64,000 bases of DNA from Mobula hypostoma (lineage: Eukaryota): positions 157,790,001 through 157,854,000 of the forward strand of contig NC_086104.1 in assembly GCF_963921235.1 (NCBI RefSeq). Reading direction: 5' to 3'. Shown in pieces: positions 23,925-36,044 of this stretch (position 1 is the stretch's first letter; each line of letters begins with the position of its first letter). The translations under genes were made by a program, and so were the position numbers. The notes under the pieces were generated by a model. It worked only from the letters and a program-made list of their open reading frames with translations, searched no databases and had not been told where the DNA came from.

Positions 23925-26400
23925 TTAGAACATAAAACATAGAACATAGAAAACCTACAGCACAATACAGGCCCTTTGGCCCTCAAAGTTGCGCCGAGCA
24001 TGTCCCTACCTTAGAAATTACTAGGCTTACCTAAAATAAAGGCATCCGTTAGTCTTGCGAGACCATGGATCTGTGCCTGGAAAGTCTTCACTCTCCAGGG
24101 CGCAGGCCTGGGCAAGGTTGTATGGAAGACCAGCAGTTGCCCATGCTGCAAGTCTCCCCTCTCCACGATATCAATGTTGTCCAAGGGAAGGGCATTAGGA
24201 CCCATACAGCTAGGCACCAGTGTCGTCGCAGAGCAATGTGTGATTAAGTGCCTTGCTCAAGGACACAATGCGTTCCCTTGGCTGGGGCTCGAACTCACGA
24301 CCTTCAGGTCGCTAGTCCAATGCCTTAACCACTTGGCCACATGCCCATCTATAGCCCTCTATTTTACAAAGCTCCATGTACCTATCTAAATGTCCCTTAA
24401 AAGACCCTATCATATCCGCCTCCACCACCATTGCCGGCAGCCCATTCCACGCACTCAGAGCTCTCTGAGTAAAAAACTTACCCAACATCTCCTCTGTACC
24501 TACTCCCCAGCACCTTAACCCTGTGTCCTCTTGTGGCAACCATTTCAGCCCCATGAAAAAGCCTCTGACTATCCAAAAGCCTCTCATCATCTTATACACC
24601 TCTATCAGGTCACCTCTCATCCTCCGTCATTCCAAGGAGAAAAGGCCGAGTTCACTCAACCTGTTCTCATAAGGCATCCTCCCCAATCCAGGTAACATCC
24701 TTGTAAATCTCCTCTGCACCCTTTCTATGGCTTCCACATCCTTCCTGTAGTGAGGCGACCAGAACTGAGCACAGTACTCCAAGTGGGGTCTGACCAGGGT
24801 CCTATATAGCTGCAACATTACCCCTTGGCTCCTAAATTCAATTCCACGATTGATGAAGGCCAATACACCGTATGCCTTCTTAGCCACAGAGTCAACCTAT
24901 GCAGCTGCTTTGAGCGTCCTATGGACTCGGACCCCAAGATCCCTCTGATCCTCCACACTGCCAAGAGTCTTACCATTAATACTATATTCTGCCATCATAT
25001 TTGACCTACCAAAATGAACCACTTCACACTTACCTGGGTTGAACTCCATCTGCCACTTCTCAGGCCAGTTTTGCATCCTATCAATGTCCCGCTGTAACCT
25101 CTGACAGCCCTCCACACTATCCACAACACCGCCAAGCTTTGTGTCATCAGCAAACTTACTAACCCATCCCTCCACAGGTCATTTATAAAAATCACAAAGA
25201 GTAAGGGTCCCAGAACAGATCCCTGAGGCAGACTACTAGTCACCGACCTCCATGCAGAATATGACCCGTCTACAACCACTCTTTGCCTTCTGTGGGCAAG
25301 CCAATTCTGGATCCACAAAGCAATGTCCCCTTGAAACTCATGCCTCCTTACTTTCTCAATAAGCCTTGCATGGAGTACCTTATCAAATGCCTTGCTGAAA
25401 TCCATATACACTACACCTACTGCTCTTCCTTTATCAATGTGTTTAGTCACATCCTCAAAAAATTCAATCAGGCTCGAAAGGCACGACCTGCCCTTGACAA
25501 AGCTGTGCTGACAACTCCGAATCATATTATGCCTCTCTAAATGTTCATAAATCCTGCCTCTCAGGATCTTCTCCATCAACTTACCAACCACTGAGGTAAG
25601 ACTCACTGGTCTATAATTTCCTGGGCTATCTCCACTCCCTTTCTTGAATAAGGGAACAACATTTGCAACCCTCCAATCCTCTGGAATCTCTCCCATTCCC
25701 ATTGATGATGCAAAGATCATTGCCAGAGGCTCAGCAATCTCTTCCCTCGCCTCCCACAGTAGCCTGGGGTACACCTCAGCTGGTCCCGGCAACTTATCCA
25801 ACTTGACGCTTTCCAAAAGCTCCAGCACATCCTCTTTCTTAATATCTATATGCTCAAGCTTTTCAGTCTGCTGCAAGTCAGCACTACAACCACCAAGATC
25901 CTTTTCCATAGTGCATACTGAAGTAAAGTATTCATTAAGTACTTCTGTTATTTCCTCCGGTTCCATACACACTTTCCCACTGTCACACTTGATAGGTCCT
26001 ATTCTTTCACGTCTTATCCTCTTGCTCTTCACATACTTGTAGAATGCCTTGGAGTTTTCCTTAATCCTGCCCGCCAAGGCCTTCTCATGGCCCCTTCTGG
26101 CTCTCCTAATTTCCTCCTTAAGCTCCTTCCTATTAGCCTTATAATCTTCTAGATCTCTAACATTACCTAGCTCTCTGAACCTTTTGTAAGATTTTCTTTT
26201 CTTCTTGACTAGATTTATTACAGCCTTTGTACACCATGGTTCCTGTACCCTACCATAACTTCCCTGTCTCTTTGGAACGTACCCATACAGAACTCCACAC
26301 AAATATCCCCTGAATATTTGCCACATTTCTTCCGTACTTTTTCCTGAGAACATCTGTTTCCAATTTAAGCTTCCAATTTCCCACCTGATAGCCTCATAAT
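23925..26400 (-). mobile_element. 5'-truncated CR1 LINE with long ORF2 remnant
   Basis: ORFs 24995-26413 (472 aa, RT domain), 24897-25175, 24627-24887 and 24312-24620; (catagaa)n tail near 23930-23955. Confidence 0.95.
24041..24345 (-). mobile_element. tRNA-derived SINE (copy 2 of 3) inserted in the CR1 3' UTR
   Basis: CR1 UTR ctaggcttacc...tatagccctctattt is interrupted by the SINE. Confidence 0.9.
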
Positions 26401-27479
26401 TACATGTATACACATATAAACATCAAAAATACAGTGAAATGTGTTATTTGCAGCAAATCAATTCAGCAGGGCCTGTGCTGGGCAGCCTACATGTCTCACC
26501 AGTGGCAACATAGCATGCCCACACCTCACTAACCCCAACCAAACATCCCTGGAATATAGGAGGAAGCCAGATGAAGCCCACACAGTCACAGGGAGAATAT
26601 ACAAACTCCCTCCATACTATGGTGGGAACTGAAACAGACTGCTGGTGCTGTAATAGCTATGCTATCACAGAACAGGATAAAAGACACGAAAAGAGCAGAA
26701 TCAACCAGTTAAAAATCTTGCCCTTATGTTTCATTATACATTCCTTTTTCCAACTTTGTACTTGTTCTAGGGCATAATAATTTTTGCCCTCTTTCATGGT
26801 GATAGTTAACAATCTTAAGTGTTCCTCATCAAGTAATGATTACTGGGAAAAAAAGACTTTATTTGTCCACATATCACTGAAACAGCAGTGAACATATAAA
26901 AACAATTTCATACCCTTGCACCTTAATGCACCTCACATCTCTGAATCATCTCTGCAGATGTCTGAGCTTGGGATATAATTCCAAGTTAAAACTTTTGCAC
27001 TTTTAAAAACATTTGCAATCTTTAAAAACATTTACTGAATAGAACGGATTGGACTGTACATAGTAATCATGAAGGGATCATTCTGTAATCTTGCTAATCA
27101 TTTATTATAAACAACATTCTGTATTTCAAAAGAGCAATATAGCATAAAATTCACTCTCGGCAAGTTGTTATTTAGAAGTTATTAAATTATAAACTTCTTT
27201 TGCACTGATAGTTATGACATTTTGGCAGCGTAATTATGGATTAACTAAAATGAGACCCAGTCTTCAGGAAATAAATCCTGTACACAGTTTCACTTCCAAC
27301 TGATCCAAGAGTTTTGCTATCTGCTAAGGGCCAGATTAGTGGCGTTTAGGTCTGGCGACCAAGTAAGATACAAGAGGTCAAGGTAAAGTGGCAATTCCAG
27401 ACCTAACTGGAATCGCGAAAGGATCACACACAAAATGCTGGAGGAACTCAGCAGGTAAGGCAGCATCTATGGGAAAGGA

Positions 27480-30070
27480 TGCTCAACAGCTGTGGCAGGA
27501 CTTGAATGCTATCACTCCCTGCAAAGTAAAGCCTGGTGACAATAGGTGACAACAAGGTTTTGCTCCAAGATGAGCTCAATGCGTTTTATGCTCACTTTGA
27601 CCAATGAAACATGGAGGTACATTCATAAACTCCCACAGCTTTCAACAACCCTATGATTTCAGTCTCTGAAGCCGACGTGCAAGCAGCCCACGGAACTCAT
27701 GGAAAGCATCTGGCCCAGATAGGGTACCTGACCAAGTACTAAAGACCTGTGCTGATCAACTGACTGGGGAGTTCACTGATAGTATGGTAACACCGTGGTT
27801 ATGATTTTTACTGCTATGCTATAGGTATTTCATTTTAGCAGTTCTGTAAGAACAGTCTGCTCTGCTTTCAGCCTATTTGAGTTTGAGCTGAGATAAGGGG
27901 TTTTGTTGTTCACCCTAGGAATGTAGTGTCAGCCAATCAGGGTGGTGGAATTGGGAGAAGGTTCTAGAGTACCTGGGAGGAGAGGTTTTTGTGACGGACG
28001 CTGCTGTGGGTTAAGATGCTTTTGGCAGGAACTGGGAGAAGACAGGAGGGAAGATGGCTGAGGATGCCGTCCCTGTTGCACAAGGTGCTTTGTGCAGAAG
28101 AATATTTCAAGAAGGAAGGACTAATACTCCTGTGGGCGACCCCATTTGTTTGGGATGGATTTCGAGCGACATTCAGAAGGTGGTGTGTGTGCTTTCATGC
28201 AGACCAAGGGTCCAGCTCATGAGTTACAGACAGCTTCAAGATGAGCTCCAACTTGTCTGTATATTTGACTGTTTAATTATGATGGACCCATTGTTTTTTT
28301 CTTCTTTCTTTTCTTTAATAACTGTTTGGTTAAGTTAACATTCTTAAATATATTTTCTTTATAATTGTATGCAGTGTACAGCCTGTTATTTCTTGCCGAT
28401 GGGTGATTGCGCAGGAGCAGCAAGTTATACAGCATTCACACAAGTCGGGGTTCGTGTGGGCAAGATATCCCAACCTCACGAGATTGCTGAGGTCCAGGTC
28501 ATATCGACCCTAGACATACAGAGCCTGAGAAAGATGCTTTATCACTGCAGAGTCCAGTGGCTGTTAGCGAAGGGCTAATGAGCCGCATCTCTACAGATGC
28601 CCAGTAAAAAGGAGTTTCAGTATCTTTAACCTCTCACTTTGGCGATCTGAGGTACCCCTCTGCTTCAAGCAGGCTTCAATTAACCAGTGCCCAAGAAGAA
28701 TGTGGTAACTGCCTCAATGACTATTGTCCAGCAGCACTTACATCTACTGTGATGAAGTGCTTTGAGAGTTTGGTGATGAAACATATCAACTCCTGAGGAG
28801 CGACCTGGATCTGCTCCAATTTCCTTACAAGTGGTTGACAGCAGACGCCATTTCATTGGCTCCTCACTCAACTTACTGGCATTCAATACTATCATCACCT
28901 CAAATCTAATCAATAAGCTCCAAGACCTAGGCCTCGAGACTTCCTCGTGCAACTGGATCCTCAATTTCCACCTTTGCAGGCCCCAATCAGTTCAGATTGG
29001 CAAAAAATATCTCCTCCACAATTTCCAACAGTATTGGTGCACCAGTAGGCTGTGTGCTTAGAATCAGTATATAGGAGGGAGATTGAAAATCTGGCTGAAT
29101 GGTGCCATAACAGCAACCACTCACTCAACGTCGCAAAACCAATGAATTGACTATCCACAACCAGAGGTCCATAAGCCAGTGCTCATCAGGAGATCAAGAT
29201 GTAGAGAGTCAGCAACTTTAAACTTCTCAGTGTTATCATTTCACAGAATCTGTCCTGGGTCCAGCATGTAAGTACCATTACAAAGAAAACATGGCAGTGC
29301 CTTTACCTTCTTAGAAGTTAGCGAAGATTCAGGATAACAGCCAAAATTTTGACAAACTTCTATAGATGTGTGCTGGAGAGTATATTGCCTGGCTGCATCA
29401 TAGCCTGGCATGGAAACACCAATGCCCTTGAATGGAAGAGCCCACAAAAAGTAGTGGATACAATGCAGTCCATCACTGGTAACGCCCTCCCCATCAATGC
29501 TCATAGAGGGATCAGAAATGGAGAGAGTGAGCAATTTCAAGTTCCTGGGTGTCAATATCTCTGAAGGTCTAATCTGGTCTCAATATATCAATGCAGCTAT
29601 AAAGAAGGCAAGACTGCGGCTATATTTCATTAGGAGCTTGAGGGGATTTGGTGTGTCACCTAAAACACACAAAAACATCTACAGATGTACTGTGCAGAGC
29701 ATTCTGACAGGCTGCAGCACCATTTGGTATGGGGGGGACGACTACAGCACAGGATCAAAGAAAGCTACAGAAAGTTGTAAAATTAGTCAGCTCCATCATG
29801 GGTACTAGCCTCTGTAGTATCCAAGACATATTCAAGGAGCAGTGCCTCAGAAAGGCAGTGTCCATCATTAAAGACCCCCATTATTCGGGGCATGCCCTCT
29901 TCTTCTTCTCACCATCAGGAAGGAGTTACAGAAGCCTGAAGGCACACACTCAGTGATTCAAGAACAGCTTCTTCTCCTCTGCTAAATGGATGTTGAACCC
30001 ATGAACACTACCTCACTTTATAGAAAAATTATTTCTGTTTTTGCACTATTTTTAATTTAACTACTTAATA
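27480..30070 (+). mobile_element. Composite Rex1/Babar LINE remnants (two subfamily 3' segments), interrupted by an LTR-like insertion
   Basis: RT-like KTCADQL..VFTD|IFNLSL...PTCFKQA continuity across the insert; ORFs 29349-29564, 29497-29808 and 29729-29956. Confidence 0.8.
27786..28619 (+). mobile_element. LTR-like insertion (834 bp) with 4-bp TSD gtat
   Basis: gtat at 27782-27785 and 28620-28623; termini ggtaacacc...gtttca; CCAAT box near 27930; host Rex sequence resumes at 28620. Confidence 0.65.
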
Positions 30071-30074
30071 TACA

Positions 30075-30935
30075 GTTGCAAATTTCCAAGTTTTCTGGCA
30101 CCTTTTATTCTCACTCGCTGCCTCCTACCAATCAGCCAATGCTCTAACCATGATAGTAACTTTCCTGCAATACCATGGGCTCTTAACTTGGTAAGCAGCC
30201 TCATGTGTGGCACCTTGTCAAAGGCCTTCTGAAAGTCCAAATATACAACATCCACGGCATCTCCTTTATCTATCCTACTTGTAATCTCCTCAAAGAATTC
30301 CAACAGGTTTGTCAGGCAAGATATTCACTTAAGGAAACGATGCTGACTTTGTCCTGTCTTGCCCTGTGTCACCAAGTACTCTGTAACCTTATTCTAACAA
30401 TTGACTCTAACATCTTCCCAACCACTGAGGTTAGGACAACTGGTCTACAATTCCCTTTCTGCTGCCTTCCTCCTTTCTCAAAGAGGCGCCTTCGTGCTAT
30501 TTTCACTACACAGCCAGTATGTACAGACCACGTGAGATCCTCAGTGATGTGTATGCCAAGGAACTTAAAGCCTCTCAACCCCAGATCCACTGATGTCAAT
30601 AGGGGTCAGGCTGTCTCCAATCCTCCTGTAGTCCACAACCAGCTCCTTTGTTTTTGCGACACTGAGGGAGTTCATCTGCCATCTCCTTGGCCCCCGTTAT
30701 TATTTTTCTAGTGTCATTTTCTAGTGGTCCTATATCCACTCTCATCTTTTTTTTTATATACTTGAAAAAGCTTTTGCTATCCACTTTGATATTGCTTGCT
30801 AGCTTGCTTTCATATTTTATCTTTTCCCTCCTAATGATTCTTTTAGTTGCTGTCTGTAGGTTTTTAAAAGCTTCCCAATCCTCTGTCTTCCCACTAATTT
30901 TTGCTTTGTTGTATGCCCTCTTTTTTTGCAATGTA
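30075..30935 (-). mobile_element. Internally deleted CR1 fragment with a Rex fragment at ~30487-30672
   Basis: ORFs 30061-30303, 30369-30599 (chimeric) and 30596-30949. Confidence 0.8.
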
Positions 30936-30964
30936 GAAGTATTCTTCATTGCTGTTTGTGGAAC

Positions 30965-31190
30965 AGTTTTGTTTTACCAGTCAGGGTTGTTAGTCCTGAG
31001 CTGACCCCCCCAAATCTGGAGCACCCTGAACCACTCTCAGTCTGGCCTCTACCCTTTGACCTGTTTGGCATGGGTGACCCTACCAAAAGTCTACCAAGTC
31101 CAGACACCAATCAACATAACTCTTCAGATCACTGAAGCACGCAAGCCTCCAAACCCAACGACAATGTTGTGGTCCTCTTGGAGAAGTCAG
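30965..31190 (-). mobile_element. RTE (Expander/Rex3/BovB-like) 5' UTR fragment
   Basis: Reverse strand ttgtcgttgggtttggaggcttgcgtg...ggtagggtcacccatg, similar to 39616 onward. Confidence 0.55.
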
Positions 31191-31567
31191 TCACAGCAGC
31201 ACCAATTATTGGAACCAATGGGTTTCACCAACAACCATGCACACTACTGCCTCTCCAGAAAAACATGCTGGAATTCAAAGAAAAAGAAATGAAAAGTTTT
31301 GCAACTATTAATTTCTTAGAAAATATCAAGTGTGAAACAACTGTATGGAGTCACTTTGGAGTGACTCTAATTGAATGTAAGAATCTTTAAATTGTAAAGT
31401 CTGGAATCTCTGTCACACAGACAGCCTCATGGCCAGATAGCTTATTGCCATACCTGGGGGAAAAAAAAACACTTCTGTTAGGAAAGTCCTGGAGCTAAAT
31501 TTCAGACTGATCTCTTGCATGAACCTTTCTTCAGGCAAATCACATTTCATCACTTGATTATCTAGAA

Positions 31568-31647
31568 CAGGAGTTCCCAGCCTTTTTTTTTGCCATGGAT
31601 CCATACCATTAACCAAGGGGTCCATGGACCCCAGGTTGGGAACCCAG
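31568..31647. mobile_element. hAT-like MITE with degenerate 8-bp TSD
   Basis: caggagttccca...tgggaacccag flanked by atctagaa (31560-31567) and acctggaa (31648-31655). Confidence 0.75.
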
Positions 31648-32353
31648 ACCTGGAACACGATGCTATGAAAACAAAACTACTACTTAGAAATGTTTGGCAA
31701 AAGCACTTCAACTCAACACACAAATTAAATTCTACAGTTGGGACTATAAACACCAGAAGCCAAAGCATCAATTAACTATAGATAGTCTCTAAAGCTGACA
31801 AAATTGCAAGGTGGTAAGAGCTCATTTGTAAAACAAATGTTTGGATATCATAGACTTGAAAGAACAAGACTATTAGAGGACATCATCTTGACAACATTTC
31901 AATAATGGCATTACTTCAATGGCATAAGAGCAAAGTTATGGGTTTTCAAACTACAGCAGCTGCTTTAAATATAAAGTTAATTGGAACACAATATTTTCAA
32001 ACATACATCCCCCAGGGTTTACATTTACATCATCCAGCCATCAGACAAATTCTCAATAGCACATGTTCTACATCTGAATGACAAACTAAAACTGTATAGT
32101 CTTAGTCTGCCAAATGGCAATTGTATTCATAATTAAATCTATTCCATCAAAGAAAGCCAATGACCAGTTTGCCAAGGAAATGCATCTGCAGTAAAAATTA
32201 CCTATCGGTAATGTTAACTCTCTCCATGGACACTGTCTGGTTTGTTGGACATTCTTAACACATCTCTTTTGATTTCAAGATTCACCCACAGCTGGCCTGC
32301 ATTTCATATCTTCACTATATCCCTTCATTTTCTATCCAACTGTTCTCATTAGT

Positions 32354-32656
32354 GGACATGTGGCCAAGTGGTTAAGGCATTGGACTAGTGACCCGAAGGT
32401 CGTGAGTTTGAGCCCAGCCAAGGCAACCTGTTGGCAACCTTGAGCAAGGCACTTAATCACACATTGCTCTGCGACGACACTGGTGCCTAGCTGTATGGGT
32501 CCTAATGCCCTTCCCTTGGACAACACTGGTGTCGTGGAGAGGGGAGACTTGCAGCATGGGCAACTGCTGGTCTTCCATACAACCTTGCCCAGGCCTGCGC
32601 CCTGGAGAGTGAAGACTTTCCAGGCGCAGATCCATGGTCTCGCAAGACTAACGGAT
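32354..32656 (+). mobile_element. tRNA-derived SINE (copy 3 of 3)
   Basis: A box tggccaagtgg (32361-32371), B-box-like gagtttgagcc, CORE-like ccttgagcaaggcacttaa, and a 3' stem-loop. Confidence 0.9.
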
Positions 32657-33679
32657 ATTCTCATTAACCAAACAACTTGAAAACATTTTCATTACCTTGA
32701 CTCACCCCAAAGATATTTTCTTTGTCCTCTCTAACCTTTTCTCATCTCTGCAACTTCAACTTTTCTCCCTCTCACATTCTAACATCTGCCTTTACAGTCA
32801 TAGAGAGTTATTGGAGCACTAAAGCACAGAAGCACTTCAGCCCATCTAGTCCACAGCAAACTGTTAATCTGCATGGTCCTATCGACCCACACCTGGACCA
32901 TAGCCCTCCATACCCCTCCCACCCATGTCCGTATCCAAACTTCTCTTAAACATTTCAACCAAGCCCACCTCCACCACTTCCATTGGCAGCTCATGAATGT
33001 GTGAGGCTAAGATGTTAAAAGCAGGAAGTTAATTATATGTACCATTTATTTGTATATGGAACTCTTGGCATCACATGAGCTCCGTTTATCAAATTCAGCC
33101 TCATAAGACACCCATTACTTTGGGAAATCCTCATGTCTGTTGCCTCTTACATGAGGAGAATAATCCTCCAGTCCCGTTCGATGGCCTCACGATATTCATA
33201 ACAAAATAATGGATCGCAAAGCGGGCGCATATTAGTTACTAGCCTGAAATTACCCAGAGGCCAAGTAATTCAGGGTTACTTTGTTAAAGGCAAAGTATTC
33301 TAGAAACAGCTTCATGACTGGAGATTTGCCTTTAGCAAACAGTAATCCATTGGCCAACTCCTTTCAAATCTTTGTTTCTGGAGGTGGAAATAGGGTTGCT
33401 TCTAAAATAGACCTTTCTGGCCAAAGACCATAACCCAAATTTCATCCCCTAGTCCAGTTCTGTAATACTAGCTCACCCACAACTTTTCTATGCCTCTATG
33501 ACTCTAATTCCTGAAACCTGTAAATAGTTGAGGATCTATTAAATAGTTCTTAAAAATCATTTGTCATGTTAATTTACCAATATATGGTTAAAAAGTACCT
33601 GGAATGTTTACATGGTCCATTTGACAGACCAAGTATCAAGCCTGCTAACCATCTACCCTTGTTTCATCCAGTTGCAATT

Positions 33680-34160
33680 TCTCTGTGTGGAACCCCATTT
33701 CATATTGATGAGCAGTTCAGGGTGTTTGAAATTCTGGTCAAATTGGGAGACCATTTACATGGAGCACTGCCGCAAGAAAGCAGCTTCCATCCTCCAGGAC
33801 ACCCAACATTCTCGCTGCTACCATCAGAAGCCTTAGACCCCACACCACCAGGTTCAGAAACAGTTATTACTCTTTAACTATTAAGATCCCGAACCAGTGT
33901 GGATAACAACTCATCTCAACACCGAACTGATTTCACAACTGATAGACTCATGTTCAAGAACTCTACAATTCATGTTCTCAGTATTATTCATTTTTTTTAT
34001 TTGCACAGTTTGTCTTTTTTCTGCAGTTGGTTCTTTGTCAGTATTTGCTTTATGTATTTTTCATAAATTCTATTATATTTTATTTTTCTGTAAATGTCTG
34101 CAAGAAAGTGAATTTCAAGGTAGTATATTGATATGTACTTTGATAATGAATTTACTTTGA
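33680..34160 (+). mobile_element. Rex1/Babar 3' fragments
   Basis: ccatcctccaggacaccca...ctcgctgctaccatcag...; tail aatgaatttactttga. Confidence 0.65.
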
Positions 34161-36044
34161 CATAGCATATACCCTATTTCTCACCATCTATCCTATGGAT
34201 CATTAGTACAGTGAGGATCTGGAAGCTTATGGGTTAATCAGGATATTAATTTTTTAAAATATGCTTTAAGACCACAGCAAGGAAACGTTTAGTCTGAGTC
34301 AAGTAAAGTTTACAAAGGCTCTGTTGTTCAAAGCTTAATAATACTTTCTCATCAGTGTCTCCAAAGCAGCTGTCACAACCAAACTCCTGAGGAAACGAAA
34401 TGAGCAGGCTGCTCCAGCAGGTAGGCCAGGAAGCAAAGACTGCAGATTACATGCTGGTGACTCAGTAAGCAATCAATATTCAGACAAGGTAGTAAGACAG
34501 ACTACTGTCCGGTGCCTCTGCACTATCAAAGCTTGGGGCAAAGTCTCCACTAGTACTTCAAAGATGCAAAAGTATCTGATAATGGTTCATTCTAACAGAC
34601 AAGAGGCAGCTGCTGCCTAACCACTAATAACGCTATATTTCACTTAACTCAGTTACAGCTAACCACAATGCATGCCACCCAGTTTCCACATTTATTATAA
34701 ATAGCAGTCACGGATCATTCTGCTCAGAAACGGATTATAATTTTTAAAAGTGGTTAGTTATAATTACAAGCAACAAGCCAAATATTTTAGTGTTTTGCAA
34801 GCACAAGCATTTTCCAAATTTTCATTTTAGAATTAAACTTACCCAACAAGTTGCCAAAGCAGGAAGAGCCAAGAATGAAAGACTATCAATTTTGTCATTT
34901 TTATGTTTTTTGTAAACAACTTTCCTTTATTTATGTTTTAAAAATAAAGAATCTCTGTTCCAATGAATGAGAAATTAGCAAGGTTTCACAATAACACACA
35001 GAAAATGATGGAGGAACTCAGCAGGTCAAGCAGCATCTATGGAAACGAATAAACAGACGATACCTCAGGCTGATACCCCTTCATCAGCATTTGTTCAAAG
35101 TTCGAAGTAAATTCATTAACAAAATACATATATGTCACCATACATATATTCATTTTCTTGGGTGCATACTTAATGAATCCATAGAATAATAACTATAACA
35201 GAATTAACGAAAGATGGCATCAACTTGGGCATTCAACCAGTGTGAAAGACAACAAACTGTGCAATTACAAAAAGAAAGAAATGATAATAATGAATAAATA
35301 AGCAATAAATATTGAGAAATGAGATGAAGAGCACTTGAAAGAGATTCCATTGGTTATGGGACTATTTCAATGATGGGGCAAGGGAAGTTAAGTGAAGCTA
35401 TCCCCTTTGGCCTCAGTGACTGAAATCATAGGATCACTGGAGGCCGTGGGAGTTCATGATGGTTTCTCCATGTTTTGAAGGCCAAAGCAAGCACAGAGGC
35501 ATTGAAGCTCATCTGGAAGCGAAGCCCTGCTGTTGCCTATGTCGCTTGATTTAACTTTATAAGAGGTGATTGTATTCAAGCCCTGCTTAAGATTTACAAC
35601 ATCTGCAGAATCTCGTGTGTTTATGATTTTGCACTGAAATGCATTCACAGAATGGTTGTTCTCGTGAGATTTGAAAAAAGGGAAAGTTAAATTCAAACTA
35701 AAAAGTTAAAATAAAAAATAATAGATACAAAGAGCATCTCAGAGAGATTCTAAGAAGGCAGCCAGGTTTGTGATATTTCACAAGAAGTGAAATACTGGAG
35801 AAACACGGTAGGTTAAGCAGCATCCATTGTGGGTTAGAATTGTTGAAAATATGGGTTGTGACCTGGCATCAAATGACGTGTTATTCTGTTGAAGCTCTAT
35901 GTCTACACACCTCGTCTTCTAATGGGTTAAATCTGAGACTTCTAGGTGTTACTGAGATCAATAACTCAGATCATAAACAAGAGAAAATCTGCAGATGCTG
36001 AGTTCCTCCAGCACTGTATGTGTGTTGCTTCGATAATTCAGATA

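Noticed and set aside
32354-32420. tRNA genes at SINE heads (also ~15100-15165, 24280-24345, 9916-9975)
   Set aside because: They are fused to SINE bodies with degenerate B boxes, so they are SINE heads rather than tRNA genes.
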